From the human T2T-CHM13v2.0 reference genome, Homo sapiens: a stretch of DNA of 64,000 nt. A program made the translations under genes and the position numbers. The DNA is taken from the NCBI RefSeq assembly GCF_009914755.1, contig NC_060933.1, one strand, 5' to 3'. Of the stretch, positions 1-13,780 are shown one piece after another; position 1 is the stretch's first letter, and every line of letters starts with the position of its first letter. The notes under the pieces were generated by a model. It was not told the origin of the DNA and did no database searches. It saw only the letters and a program-made list of their open reading frames with translations.

Positions 1-1980
1 TTCTTCTGCTAGTTTTGAGGTTTGTTTGCTTTTGCTCCTCTGGTACTTCTAGTTGTAATGCTGGGTTTTTAGTTTGATATCTATCATTTTGATGTGAGCA
101 TTTAGGACTACAAATATCCCTCTGAATACCACTTTAGCTGTGTCCCAGAGATTCTTGCTTGTTTTATCTTTTTGTTATTTTCAAAGAATGTCTTGATTTC
201 TTCCTTAATTTTATTGTTCACCCAAAAGTCACTTAGGAGCAGATTGTTTAATTTCCATGTAATTGTATGGTTTTGAGTGATTTTCTTTGTACTGAATTCT
301 GTTTTTATTGCACTGGTTTTTTTTTGTTTTTTTTTATTATTATTATACTTTAAGTTTTAGGGTACATGTGCACAATGTGCAGGTTAGTTACATATGTATA
401 CATGTGCCATGCTGGTGTGCTGCACCCATTAACTCGTCATTTAGCATTAGGTATATCTCCTAATGCTATCCCTGCCCCCTCCCCCTGCCCCACAACAGGC
501 CCCAGTGCGTGATGTTCCCCTTCCTGTGTCCATGAGTTCTCATTGTTCTATGAGTGAGAACATGCGGTGTTTGGGTTTTTGTCCTTGCAATAGTTTACTG
601 AGAATGACGATTTCCAATTTCATCCATGTCCCTACAAAGGACATGACCTCATTATTTTTTATGGCTGCATAGTATTCCATGGTGTATATGTGCCACATTT
701 TTTATTGCACTGTTGTCTGAGAGTGTCGTTTGTATGATTTCGGTGTTTTTTTTTTAATTTGCTGAAGAATGGTTTATGTCTGATTGTGTGTTCCATTTTA
801 CAGTATGTGTCATGTGGTAATGAGAAGAAAGTATATTTTGTCATTTTTGGATAGAGCGTTCTGTAGAAGTCTATTAGGTCCATTTGATCAAGTATTGAGT
901 TCAAGTTCTGAATATCTTCATTAATTTTCTTCCTTAATGATCTGTCTAATACTGTTAGTAGGGTGTTGAAGTCTTCCACTATTATTCTGTAGAAATCTAA
1001 GTCTCTTTGTAGGTCTCTAAGAACTTGTTTTACAAATCTATGTGCTCCTGTGTTGGGTGCATGTATATTTTGGATAATTAGGTCTTTTTGTTTAATTCAA
1101 CTTTTTACCATTATGTAATGACCTTCCTTGTGTTTGTTGAGTTTTGTTGGTTCAAAGTCTGTTTTGTCTGAAATTAGGATTGCCACCTCTGCTTTTTTAT
1201 GTTCTCCTTTCGCATGGTAGATTTTTTTTCCATCCATTCATTTTGAGCCTATGGTTGTCATTGCATGTAGGATGGGGCTCTTAAATTCAGTATACCATTG
1301 GGTCTTTTTCTTTATCCAGCTTGCCACTCTGCCTTTTCTTTGAGGCATTTAGGCCATTTACATTCAAAGTTATTATTGATATATGTGGATTTGATCCTCT
1401 CATCCTGTTCTTAGCTGATTATTATGCAGACTGGTTTGTGTGGTTGCTTTATAGTGTCACTGGTCTGTGTACTTAAAGGTGTTTTTGTAGTGGCTGATAA
1501 CAGTCTTTCCTTTCCATATTTACTACTCCTTTCAGGAACTCTTGTAAGGCAGTCTGGTGGTAATGAATTCCCTCTGAATGTGTTTGTTTGAAAAGATCTT
1601 ATTTCTCCTTCACTTATGAAGCTTAGTTTGGCTCCATCTGAAATTCTTGGATGAAGATTTTTTTCTTTAATAATGTTGAATATAGACCCCCAATCTCTTC
1701 TGGCTTGTAGGATTTCTGCTGAAATTTCTGCTTTTAGCCTGATGGGGTGCCCCTTGTAGGTGATCTGCCTTTTTTCGTTAGCTTACTTTATCACTTTTTC
1801 ATTCATTTTGGCCTTGGAGAATCTGATGATTATGTGTCTTGGGGATGGACTTCTTTTTTATCATCCTGTAAAGGTTCTCTATATTCTTTGAATTTGAATG
1901 TTGGCCTTTCTAGAGAGGTTGACGAAGTTTTCATAGATGATATCCTGAAATATGTTTTCTAAGTTGGTTGCTTTCTCCCC
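1..1980 (-). mobile_element. Old primate LINE-1 (L1PA13-16/L1PB-like): ORF1 C-terminal half, inter-ORF region and ORF2 endonuclease; continues off the window edge
   Basis: The minus strand from 1980 reads GEKATNLENIFQDII.ENF.NL.RKANIQIQ (L1 ORF1p). ORF 659..979 (DFNTLLTVLDRS..KKINEDIQNLNSILDQMDLIDFYRTLYPK) is the ORF2p endonuclease. Many stops and frameshifts. Confidence 0.93.
316..698 (-). mobile_element. 5'-truncated young L1PA 3' end nested in the older L1
   Basis: Poly-T then the canonical L1PA 3'UTR (ttatactttaagttttagggtacatgtgcacaatgtgcagg). A perfect 14-bp TSD tttttattgcactg lies at 302-315 and 699-712. Confidence 0.95.
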
Positions 1981-3685
1981 ATGAGTACAGCACACCACAG
2001 CCACCATTTAGAGAAAAGCCCCATTTCTTGCTGCTATGGGCCCTTGACCCCCTGTTCCCCAACAAGCAGAGCCTCTAGCTCAGGCAAGCAGTGCAGCTGC
2101 TTCACCCTCTGGCCGAACACTCCCAGTAGCAGCAGCTCCACATTTCTCAGAGATGGAGCTCCCAGGGGCAACCAAAAGTCCCTCTGCCACTGCCTGTCCA
2201 GTTTAACTTCCCTGTTTACCCTTGAAGTAGGGAAGGAGCAAAGACTCCGAGTGCTTTATCCCGCAAGTTGTAGTTGCTCTAAGGAGAGGAGGCCAGTCTG
2301 TCTCCCACGGGTCCTACCCACATTCTCTGCTAGTCACCAGACAGGATCCCCCCAGCGTGGGCTCACAGTGCAGCTGCCCCATGCCAGGCTGATCATGCTA
2401 ATTGATTGCAGTTCTGCATCTTTCTGCAATGGAGCCCCAAGTGACAAGAAAAGACGTTGAGCCACAGGGTCTCCTCTGCTGCTTCCAAGCTGGGGAAGTA
2501 ACATAAAGCCTATGATCATTTCAGAACTATGGTGTGCAGTCTGGATGCACCAAGCCAAGATCTGCAGTGAGCACTCAAGTTGGAGAGGAGCCTACACTGA
2601 CTTTCAAAACATTGAGAGGAAGCATAGCTGCAACCCATGAGGAAATACGGAGGAGCCACATGACTGAGCAGGAGCCTACACAGTGACCATTACACTTCAG
2701 CACCAGCTACTAGATCACACCCCAAAACTTCAACACCAATAATACTTTGCTATCATACCCTGCTGTGAAAAGAAAGACAAGAATTTAGCTACAAATAAAG
2801 GCCCTAAACAAAGCCTTAGGACTCTGAAAACATGGAAAGAAGTCTACTGACTGTACTCAATTTACACTGCAATTAAAGGAACACCCCCCCACACACACAC
2901 AGATGAGAAAGAACCTATGCAAGATCTCTGGCAACTCAAAAGGCCAGCATGTCTTCTTTCCTCCCAAAGATCACACTAGTTCCCCAGCAAGGGTTCTTAA
3001 CTAGGCTGAGATGGCTGAAATGACATAAATTGATTTCAGAATATAGATAGGAACAAAGATCATTGAAATTCAGGGGAACATCGAAACCTAATTCAAGGAA
3101 GCTAAGTGTATTAGTCTGTTATCACCCTGCTATAAAGAACTTCTGAGACTGGGTAATTTATAAAGGAAAAAGATTTAATTGACTCATAGTTCTGAATTGC
3201 TGGGGAGGCCTCAGAAAACTTATAATCATAGCTGAAGGTGAAGGAGAAGCAAGTAACTTCTTCACAGGGTGGCAGAAGAGAGAGAGAGTGAAGGGGGACA
3301 GTCACTTTTAAACCATCAGATCTCATGAGAACTCACTCACTATCATGAGAACAGCACGGGGGAACCACCCCCATGATCCAATCACCTCCCACCAGGTTCC
3401 TCTCTCAACACATGGGGATTACAGTTCCAGATAAGATTTGAATGGGAACACAGAGCCACACCATATCACTAAGGAACAAACACAAAAAATAATTCAGGTG
3501 CTGATCGGTGAAATAGCCAGTATAAAACAGAACCAAATTGACTGGCTAGAGTTGGAAAACACACCACAAGAATTTCATAATGCAATCACAAGTATTAACA
3601 ACAGAATGGACCAAGTTGAGGAAAGGACCTCAGAGCTTGTAAACTGGCTCTCAGAAATAAGACAGTCGGGCAAAAATAAATAAAA
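1981..3685 (+). mobile_element. Inverted 5' segment of the same old L1 (5'UTR plus ORF1 N-terminus)
   Basis: ORF1 start at ~2902 (atgagaaagaac... MRKN.CK.SGNSK), continuing across the LTR into ELENTPQEFHNAITSINNRMDQVEERTSEL..WLSEIRQS.KNK. Confidence 0.85.
3107..3468 (-). mobile_element. MaLR solo LTR (THE1D/MSTA-like) inserted in L1 ORF1
   Basis: Termini tgtattagtc...ccatatca; 5-bp TSD ctaag at 3102-3106 and 3469-3473. Confidence 0.93.
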
Positions 3686-3689
3686 TTTT

Positions 3690-3865
3690 ACAGAGCTCAT
3701 TGTATTAGATTATGTACACTTGGATAATCTTCCTGTCTTCACATCAACTGATTATTAACATTAATTACATCTGCGCAATCCATTTTGCCGTGTAATACAA
3801 TATAATCATCAAAGTAACACTGGGAGTCTAAGGTCATGACCATCTAATATTCTGTATACCACACA
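3690..3865 (-). mobile_element. Old MLT1-type LTR fragment
   Basis: Motifs ggataatct...tcaactgatt...ttaattacatctgc and the end attctg..taccaca resemble MLT1 LTRs. Confidence 0.5.
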
Positions 3866-5033
3866 ATCGTATTGCTTTCTGAGGTCATTGAACACTTTCA
3901 GAATTCATGAAAGTTGGATATTCACTATAAATAAGATAGATATGGCTAGCAAGAAGAAAAATATAGGGATTCTATACTTAAAAGATACAGCTATTTCCAT
4001 TTATATAATTGTCACAATAAAAATTTAAATGTGAATAAGTGAATAGCAAGTATAGAAAGTTTAGCAAAATAATGAGAATTAGATATATAAAAGAATTTTT
4101 AAGATAGTCTCAGAAAAAGTGTAATATTTGTCATTTATCCTGAAATGTCAAAAATTTTCCTAAGCAGAACTACTCACCACCAATTTCTCAGTTTCATCCC
4201 TGAAAAAAAAATCATTCAAGTGGATTTATTTTGGCAAAGTGAAACTGTGAATTGCTTGGCTCCAGAACAGCTGCCCATACTCAGCAGGACTGCATTCCCA
4301 CACTCCATTCACCCTTACCCCATCCCTTCCAGGAACACTTGGACTAGGATCCAGCTCTAGATCTGCAAGAAGTTGTGTTCCAGCTCTTAAATCATTAGTA
4401 GGACCAGATTTTACTCAAAAAACTATTCTAGCATTTGAAATTATTTCCACTGCTTTGTTGCTTACACTGAAATTGTCCCTCAAAAAATATAAGAAATAGA
4501 ATATGAGCCCTGCTTATTCTTTAGGACAAAATTTAGGATGGTGTATCTAATAAATGGATTGTAATTATGAAGATGGTTTTACATTTGTCCCTAGATTCTT
4601 CTGTTTTTCTCAGGCCTCTATGAATCTTTCTCTCTGAGAGATCCCGACTTGCTGAGAGCAAGAACTATTGAAAGGAAATGAAGTAAATAACTGATGGTTG
4701 CCCATGGCAATTAGGAAAATAAAGAGCAAACTTCCCTCTTTGAATATTACTTAGTGTCAAGACTTAATTATACTCATTGGCTATACAAGTCTAAATATTT
4801 GGGCACTTATATTTTTGTATTTGGGCATATGATATTACAAAATAATTTTGAGAGGTAAGAGACATACGTATGTATTTTAGAACTCCAATAGCAGTAACTT
4901 TCTCAGTAGCATATAGTTTTCCAATCTGTTGGAAAAAGCTTGGCTTCAACTAGGAAAGATAAGTAATAGAGCTAGAGTTTCAATTCTGTTCAATATGAAT
5001 AATAATATTTCACCAGTAAAAATTAAATATGTA

Positions 5034-6200
5034 TAATCATGTGACACTTAGTAATACTGATATGATCTGAGAAATGCATTATTAGGCAATTTTGTCATTA
5101 TGCAAACATCATAGATGTTTACAAAACCTTGACAACATAGTCTGCTACATATCTAGGCTATATGAGATATAGCCTATTGCTCCTAGGCTACACACCTGTA
5201 CAGCGTGTGACTATACTGAACATGTAGGCAATTGTAACATAACGGCAAGTATTTGTGTATTTAAACGTATCTAAACATAGAATAGGTATAGTAAAAGTAC
5301 AGCGTAAAAGATGGAAAATGTTACGTCTATATTGGGAACTTACCATAAATGGAGCTTGAAGACTAAAAGTTACTCTGGATAAGTCAGTGAGTGAATGGCG
5401 AGTGAATGTGAAACCCTAGGACATTACCATATATGACTGTGGATTTTATAAAAATGATACACTTAAGGACCATGAAATTAACATTATCTTACTATACCTT
5501 TTAATCTAATATATTTTAACGCTTTTATATGTTTCAACGCTTTGATTTTTTATAATAACATTTAGCTTAAAACACAAACACATTGTGCAGCTATACAAAA
5601 ATATCATCTTTTATAGCTCTGTTTTATAAGATTTTTTCCTTTTTCAGCTTTGTACACCTTTTTGTTAAAAAGTAAAATGCAAACACACACATTAGCCTAG
5701 GCCTACACACGATCAGGATCATCGATATAATTGTGTTTTACCTTCACACCTCATCCCACTGGAAGGTCTTCAGGGGCAATAACATGCATGGACCTGTAGT
5801 CTGCTGTGATAACAATGCCTTCTTCTAAAATATCTCCTGAAGGACCTGCCTGAGACAGTCTTACAGATAATTTTTTTTAATAAATAAGAGTATACCCTAA
5901 GATAACATTAAATAGTAAAGTATATACATAAATGAGTAACATAGTAATTTATTATCATTATCAAGTATTATGTGTTGTACATAATTATATGCACTATTCT
6001 TGTCTATGATTGGCAGCACGATAGGTTTGTTTATATCAGCATCACCAAATGCACTTGAGTAATGCATTGAGCTTTGAAGTTATAATGGCTATTATGTCAC
6101 TACATGGAAGATATTTTTCAGCTCCATTAGAATCTTATGGGACCACTATTTTAAATGCAGTCTGTCGTTGACCAAAGCATTATTATGTGGGGCATGACTG
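5034..6200 (-). mobile_element. Tigger3b (TcMar-Tigger) non-autonomous DNA transposon, near full length
   Basis: Right terminus gtcgttgaccaaag...ggcatgactg followed by TA; degenerate left terminus taatcatgtgacactta preceded by TA; internal tagcctattgctcctaggctaca; length ~1.17 kb. Confidence 0.88.
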
Positions 6201-7263
6201 TAAACGTTTCAAAGAAATTGGTTTTCCCTTTCATTCTATTACTGTTCCACCACTAGCTGTTTTGTACGTTTCTCTTTCTGTGCTGTTCCTTAAATGTAGA
6301 ACTCCTCTAAATGTATTTTTTTTATTTATCCTGTCCCAGAACAATCTCATTAACATTCCTTGGAAATGTTTCCTCTCATCAGGAATGCTCTTCTGAGGCC
6401 TGTACCTGAATGACCATTTGTCCCCATTAAGACTCATTTGGGGGCAAGTAACATAAATGGAAAAAAAAAGTAGACTAAAGTAACTAAGCCCAAGGGTAGT
6501 ATGATTTAAGCTAAAGGTGATTTCAGGCTCCAAGTAAAGTAATCAGGGTTCAGCTTATCTCCATTTGTTATCTCTTCTTCTAGTGGGTTGGACCCATTTT
6601 CAAAGAATCCCTTCCCTTACATAGCAGTCCATATAGAATCTCACTTCAAATACAGTTTAAAGAAAAAAAAAATTATCTTCAAAGGCAAAAGCAAAGTCTG
6701 GAACCAGATTTCCATTGACCCAGCCTGGATGCTGGTATTGGATGCTCTATTACGCTTAAGTGAGATAAATAGCCATTTCTGGCCCTCTTTTTATTTGTTT
6801 ACAATGCCCCACTTTGGAGAAATGCTGGAGTGCATTTAAGAAGGTTCTATTCATGAATAGAAGAATCTCAGTTGTATAGAAAATGATTTATTTGAAATTA
6901 CCTGCTATAAAAACTTCCCAGGCTCATTGCTTTTTGGATCAACTCTGTCTCTTCTACTTCCTTGTATTGCTGTCTGGAAGAACCCTGGCTCACAATGGTG
7001 CAGAACTTTTTATCCTGATATCTGAAGTAAATTGATCTGAGTTTATATTAGGTTGGATCTTAGTGCCCATATTATCTACTGGGAGTTTCCCAGCCTGGTA
7101 TGATGGAGCTTAGAAGAGAGTAAATTAGCTTTTACAAGTCAGTCTCTCAATATTTATTTAGTGAGTGAGTGGACAAATGAATGAATATTTCTTGGAGGTA
7201 TTATTCATTTTGTGTTCCCTTCATACTTCAAATTATTTTTTACCTTTAGTAAGAAATGGATAC

Positions 7264-7594
7264 TGACATGGCTTTAATGAATCTCCTCCAAAATTCAAGT
7301 GTTGCCAATGTGATAGTCCTAAGAGGTCAGGCCTTTAAGAGGTGTTTAGGCCATGAGAGATCCTCCCTCATGAATGGGATGAGGTGATCTTATAAAGGGT
7401 CTTGACAGAGAGAGTTGGTTCTCTCTTGCCCCTTCCACCTTCCACCATGTGAGGATGCATCAAGAAGACCTCAGAGCCTGGTATCTTGATCTTGGACTTC
7501 CTAGCCACCAGAATGGTAAGAAGTAAATTTCTGTTCTTTATAAATTACTCAATCTATGGTATTCTGTTTTAGAAGCACAAAATGGTCTAAGACA
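7264..7594 (+). mobile_element. MaLR LTR (MSTC/MLT1A-like)
   Basis: ctccaaaattcaagtgttgccaatgtgatagt...gatcttggacttcc...ggtctaagaca. Confidence 0.8.
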
Positions 7595-8018
7595 CATAAT
7601 TTTACCCTTTCTAAATCCAAATTGAATGCAATTTTATCATAAAGTTTTATCATTTCTCTAATAAAAATGTTTTTAAATTTTTTGAAAGTCCACAAATGCA
7701 TATATATTTACATGCATATCTATATGAATGTCCAACTTTGATTCTGCTTTGTTTTGGCTTTCTTTTTTGTATTACTTTTCTCCAAAGAGTAAAATACACA
7801 CTTGTTTTATTCTCTTATTCCTACAGCACCTAACATAATTCTTACTAAAAAATATTATTTAATGAAGAAAATTATTATATAATACATTTTGTTGATACAT
7901 TATTTTCTACATATTATGTGTCAATTTTGTTCCTTACTATCCTCAGCTGGAATCCATTTGAAGAGACAGAACTGTATTGTGTAGATTCAAGCAATACATA
8001 GTAGGATACCATACATAC

Positions 8019-8393
8019 TGTAGGGTTTGGCTCTGTGTCCCCACCCAAATATCACCTTGAATTCTAATCTCCATAATCCTCATGTGTCAAGAGCAGGACC
8101 AGATGGAAGTAAGTAGAACATGAAGGTGGTTTCCCCCATGCTGTTCTCATTATAGTGAGTGAGTTATCTTGAGATTTGATGGTTTTATAAGCATCTGACA
8201 TTTCCCCTGGTTGCACTCATTGGGTCTTGCCACCCTGTGAAGAAGGTACCTGCTTCTCTTGCATTCTGCCATGATTGTAAGTTTTCTGAGGCCTCCCCAG
8301 AACTGTGAGTCAATTAAACCTATTTTCTTTATAGATTACTCAGTCTCCAGTCTTGGGTATGTCTTCATGGCAGTGTGAGAATGAACTAATACT
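8019..8393 (+). mobile_element. THE1D-like MaLR solo LTR
   Basis: ggtttggctctgtgtccccacccaaat...ccatgattgtaagttt.ctgaggcctcccc...gaactaatac; approximate TSD catac/catat. Confidence 0.88.
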
Positions 8394-10478
8394 CATATAA
8401 TGGATACTAACAAGTAAATCTTTATTTACCACTTATTAGAAGCTTGACTTAACCAATTATCAAATTTTATATAAGCTTTAATGTTATTGGGAAATATCCT
8501 TTTCCTGTAAAAATAAATGAGATTACCTACCTGAAGTACCTTAGGCCTTTCTAATATTTTCAATTTTCATTAAATGTTTATTTTTATGTATCTATAGATA
8601 TCTTGAATATGTATTGTAAATATTATATGTATGTAGAATATATGTATTCTGGTATTTCTTCCAGATAGCACTTAAAAACCAGTGTTTGCATTTTTGCATG
8701 TGAGCAAGCAATTCCTACTTACAATGATGGAAGAAATAGATACCCTGGAAGAAGGAAAATTAAATTCATGCTTTCAAAGCATCCTTCCCAACAAATCCAA
8801 TTCATCTTTTGCACAGAAGGAATAATTAGATGAAGATATATTTTAAGTCAGATTGTTAGTATTTTGGCCACATGGCTACATCAGAAGTGTAGTTTAGAAT
8901 TCTGTTCATTTTTATTTTTTTAAATCAAAACACTCATTGAACTGTACTTAATTTTTAAATGCAAAATACATAAAACTCTTGCATTTCTTGGAAATAAATT
9001 CTCTTTATTCTACTAATAAATAAACATTGTTACCACCATTGAGGCAAATGACAGAAATTCTTACAATTGATTATCCTATATGGGTATGAAAACTTTAACA
9101 TGCTCCTCTAAGTAACTGAATACTACAGAGTGATTTTGGATCAATGTGGCCTTATTTTGAATATAACATACAAAATCATTGAGTGTTTTATGATTTATCT
9201 TCATTTTAACTCAAGCTTTGGGATATATGAAGACAGAAGATAAATCAAAATGTGTCATGTATTATATTTTCTGAAGTTATTAATATATATCTAGCAAAAG
9301 GTAAAATAGCACAGATATACCAACCAAATTTTCATGTGAAGAAAACATTTTATATAAATAATGTTTCTTCTTTTATATGAAATCACTGCAAAAATGAGAA
9401 AGCTACTTTTTATATTCCCCAATGAATATTCCCCAGTCCTGTGATTCCAAGTTCAGTAAAATTTAGAAAATTATGGCCAAGAAATTTAGTAGACCGAATG
9501 TACCTTCACTTTCTGGAATGTACTTGTAACCCTACATTCACAGTTAGAAATTTGCTTGAATGAAAAAGTGTTCAAAGTAATTATTATCTTGTATTTGGCT
9601 TCTCTGGGTACCTGTTTGGCTTTTATTTCTAAATAAAAAAACAAAACATGCACAATGTAAATATTTTTAGTTTGTAAAATTTTCTTTCCAATTACATATT
9701 TTGAGATGTTGTATATACTGTAAACATTTTGAAGTAATTTTGCCCAAATTAAGAAAAAAAATTCATTCATCTTTTTATCGTCTTTTTATTTTGGTTCACT
9801 TTTCACCTGGGTATTAATATGGATGTTGCAGAAAGAATAGCTCCTATAAATGATAGGTTGCTATATGGATATGCAACAAAACCATCTTTATTTTACAGAA
9901 AGGTCTCATTACTCTAAAAGAAGGCCAGTGAAGAAATTTATATTGACCTTTTGGCATGACCTTTCTAAACCAACTGTTCCCTAGTACATAAACTAGTGAG
10001 TTTACTGCATAGAGACACCCAAAGGAGTAAAACATGAAGTGGGAGACTTTGGCCCTATTAGAAACCTTAGGGCCAGGTTCTGTTCCTTATCACCTATGAG
10101 ATTTCCCTTGTTAATGATGCTGAGTTGGGCATATTTATTTTTTAGCCATTTCATCAACAAGTTTTGCTTATGACTAAGGATGTCATTTCTTGTTCCCATC
10201 ACATGGTGTTTTAGGACATTCCTGCTGCTTTAACAAAATATCTTACTTAGAGTAATTCATAATTTATAAAAATTCCTTATACATTCTTTGTAGATTCTGA
10301 CAATTCCATAAGTGTCATGAATTTCAGTAGGGAAGTGACTTTTCAAAGTGAGCTCTGGACAGGTAGCCATAAGTAAGACTACGGTGGTACGGATATGCTG
10401 TGCTTTGATCAGTTGTGTGGTATGCAATTTTTATTATAAATATCACTGAACTCCATATGACAAAAATTACTCATCAAC

Positions 10479-10753
10479 TTTTCTTTTTTTTTTTTTGAGA
10501 CGGAGTCTCGCTCTGTTGCCCAGGCTGGAGTGCAGTGGCGCGATCTCGGCTCACTGAAACCTCCGTCTCCCGGGTTCACGCCATTCTCCTGTCTCAGCCT
10601 CTCCGAGTAGCTGGGACTACAGGTGCCCGCCACCACGCCCGGCTAATTTTTTTGAATTTTTAGTAGAGACGGGGTTTCACCGTGTTAGCCAGGATGGTCT
10701 CGATCTCCTGACCTCGTGATCTGCCCGCCTCCACCTCCCAAAGTGCTGGGATT
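10479..10753 (-). mobile_element. AluY, 5'-truncated
   Basis: AluY diagnostics (gttcacgccattctcc, ccgtgttagccaggatggtctcgatctcctgacctcgtgatc); the match ends at gggatta. Confidence 0.95.
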
Positions 10754-11173
10754 AAATTAGATGTAAAATGTTGTTCAGGTTTATTAAATAAAGAAAGAAA
10801 AAGATTGTTAACTAGATGTCTTATTTTGTTTTTCTCTGACAACAGCTGTCTTGTAAATTGGTATATTTAGATCATGCACATTTAAAGTAATTATTGGGTG
10901 GTAAAAAAGTTGGGCTGGTATTTATTATGTTTATAACTATTTTCTATTCATATCATTTATTCTTTGCCTCCCAACAATCACTCTTTTTCTTATTTCTATT
11001 GTTTTAATTGACACTTAAAATAATCCCATTACATTTCCTCTCCTAGCATGTCAGTTATACTTTAGAACAGTTTTAGTGATTTATGTGAGTTTGCAATACA
11101 CATTTTTAACTAATCTCAATCTACCTTTAAATAAGACTTTGAATAACTCAACACAAATATCACTTTACAAGAG

Positions 11174-11529
11174 TGTTACAGACTCAATATTTGTATTCCC
11201 CTCTTCCCCCAAAATGTGTATGTTGAAACCTAATCCCTATGGTAAGAGTATTTGGAGATGGGTCTGTGGGAAGTGATTAGGTCATGAGGGCAAACTGTTA
11301 TGGATAGAATTAGTGCCTTTACAAAAGAAACCCTAGAGAGCTAATTTGCTCTTCTGCTGTGTGAAATCCCAGTGACCCATCCTCTATGAACAAGCCCTTG
11401 CCAGACACGTAATATGCACATGGCTTGACCTTGGACTTCCCAGTCTCAGAACTGAAAACTGCATTTTTGTTGATTATAAGCCACCTAGTGTATGGTATCC
11501 TGTTATAAAAGCCTGAGCAAACTAAGATA
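11174..11529 (+). mobile_element. MLT1A-type LTR
   Basis: tgttacagact...cccccaaaat.tgtatgttgaaacctaatccc...ccttggacttcccagtctc...aactaagata. Confidence 0.8.
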
Positions 11530-11898
11530 CAAGTAATCCCAATTCCTACCATTATTTATGACACTACTGCCATTTAATGTATTCATTTATATACTATATT
11601 CATTCAATACATTGTTACAGTTATTCCTTTTAAACAAAATATTATCTTTTAAGTCAATTAAGAATAAGAAAATAAAACATTTTATTTTAGTTTCATTCAT
11701 TCCTTCGGTGATATTCTTCCTTTCTTTATATAGACCAATTTCTGACCTATACCCTTTTTCTTCTCCCTAGGAACTTCTTTGAACATTCCTTGCAAGGCAT
11801 GTCTACTGACCATAAACTTTCTCAGTTTTTGTTTGTCTGAGAAGGTCTTTATTTCTTCTACACTATTGCAGGATAATTCTATTAGATATAGAAATGTA

Positions 11899-12170
11899 GG
11901 CCAGATGCGATGGCTCACACCTGTAATCCCAGCACTTTGGGAGGCCGAGGCGAGCAGATCACGAGGTCAGGAGATTGAGACCATCCTGGCTAATACAGTG
12001 AAATCCCGTCTCTACTAAAAATGCAAAAATAATTAGCCAGGTGTGATGGCATGCACCTGTAGTCCTAGCTACTCGGGAGGCTGAGGCAGGAGAAATTGCT
12101 TGCTCAGGAGGTGGGGGTTGCAGTGAGCCGAGATTACACCACTGCACTCCAGTCTCCAAAAAAAAAAAAA
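11899..12170 (+). mobile_element. AluSc/Y with a small 3' internal deletion
   Basis: gatcacgaggtcaggagattgagaccatcctggc; TSD agaaatgta(g) at 11890 and 12170; the cctgggcgacagagcgag segment is missing. Confidence 0.93.
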
Positions 12171-12845
12171 GAAATGTAGATGGTGTGTGTGTCTCTGTGT
12201 GTTTCACTTTCAACACTTTAAGTATTTCCCCCCACTCTCTTCTTGTTTTCATCTAATGAAAAACCAACTGTAATTCTTAGCCTTATTTATTTACAGGTAA
12301 GTTTTCTTGTTTACCCTTGGCTCCTTTCAGTATGTCTCTCTGTCTTTGATTTTCTTTGGTTTAAAAAATATATACCTAAGTATAGATTTTTGACATTTAT
12401 TCTGCTTGGTATTCTCTGCACTTCTTGAATCTGTATTCAGTATCTGCTGTTAATTTTGGAAAATTCTTAGCCATTATTACTTTAAATATTTATTTGGATC
12501 TGTTCTTCCTTTCTTTACATTCTGGTATTCAGATGTACCAGCTAATATTCTACTAGAAAGAAAATAAAATATAAAATTGAGTAAAATAAAACAAAATAAA
12601 ATAAGGAGTAGCAACACAATGCATTAAATTCAATGCAACGGATTAAATATGTTTTGATCTGTTAAAAAAATCAATCTGAACAATGATGTGGTTTACAGTT
12701 AGTATGCAATATAGAACTCTGAATTTAATTGTTTTTATTTTTCTACAGTGGTTTTACAGTAAAAATAATTTGTTTAAGTTTGGATTGTTACTTTTAAAAA
12801 CAGAGCTAATTAGCATTGTTTATTACTTTCTCACCTTAATTTTCT

Positions 12846-12846
<1 letters not shown>

Positions 12847-12893
<47 letters not shown>

Positions 12894-12911
12894 CATATAT
12901 ATATATATATA
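12847..12911. repeat. (TA)n(TG)n(TA)n compound microsatellite
   Basis: Directly visible. Confidence 0.95.
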
Positions 12912-13254
12912 AAGAGATTATAGATCTGTAATGCTTAGCATAAGTCCTGGTAAATTGCATCTATTCAATGAACATTTGTTCTCCCTTTAATTCCTGCAAT
13001 CTAGATGGTGGTTCATGGATATAGTTGCTCTCTAATTTTTTGAGCGTATTAAGGACTTAAAAGCTAATGATGGTGTATTGTTATGTCAAGGCCAGCAGAG
13101 CATATCACTTTAAAAAACTGGCAATAGAAACTTCTCTTTAAAAATTGTAAAAGTAAGTAAAGTTTAGAAACCAACCAAGTACGAGCAATGCAATGTTAGC
13201 ATCTCATTGGTTCACACTAGTGAAAAGTATTTAAGAACAAAGAAATAGTATACT

Positions 13255-13780
13255 GTACCACACAGAAACTTGCATGCAAATGTTTATTGCATGTGCAGCT
13301 ATATTCTTACTTACTAAAACTTAGAAGCACCCAGCTTATCCTTTAATAGGTAATCATTCCTTAGTTAGATAAACAAACTCTGCTATATCCATACAATGAC
13401 ATAATTATCAGGGGTAAAAAAATAAGCCATCCAGTCATGATTAGACATGGAGGAAATTTGAATGCATATTTCTATGTGAAAGAAGCCAGTCTGAAAAGTC
13501 TACATATTGTATGAGTCCAAGTATATAATCTTCTAGAAAAGACGAAACTATAGAGCTAGTGCAAAGTTTAGTCATTACCAGGAGTTGGGCATGTGGGGGA
13601 TAAGTAGGTGGAGCACAGGGAATTTTTAGGGCAGTGAAATTATTATCTATGATTCTGTAATGGTGGATACATGACATCATGCAATTAGCAAACCCCATAG
13701 AACTGTATAATACAAAGAGTGAACCCTAATGTAAACTCTGGTCTTTAGTCAATAAATGCATCAATGTTGGCTTCTTAATG
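13255..13780 (+). mobile_element. L1M 3' region fragment
   Basis: cacacagaaacttgcatgcaaatgtttattgca...gtgaaagaagccagtctgaaaag...gtgaaccctaatgtaaact. Confidence 0.8.

Larger units (their letters stand above)
10800..12540 (-). mobile_element. Ancient L1M fragments interrupted by an MLT1A LTR and an Alu
   Basis: L1M-like AT-rich sequence. ORF 11697..11918 (EIKTFSDKQKLRKFM.SR.ALQ.M.KEV) is the L1 ORF1 C-terminus. Confidence 0.7.
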
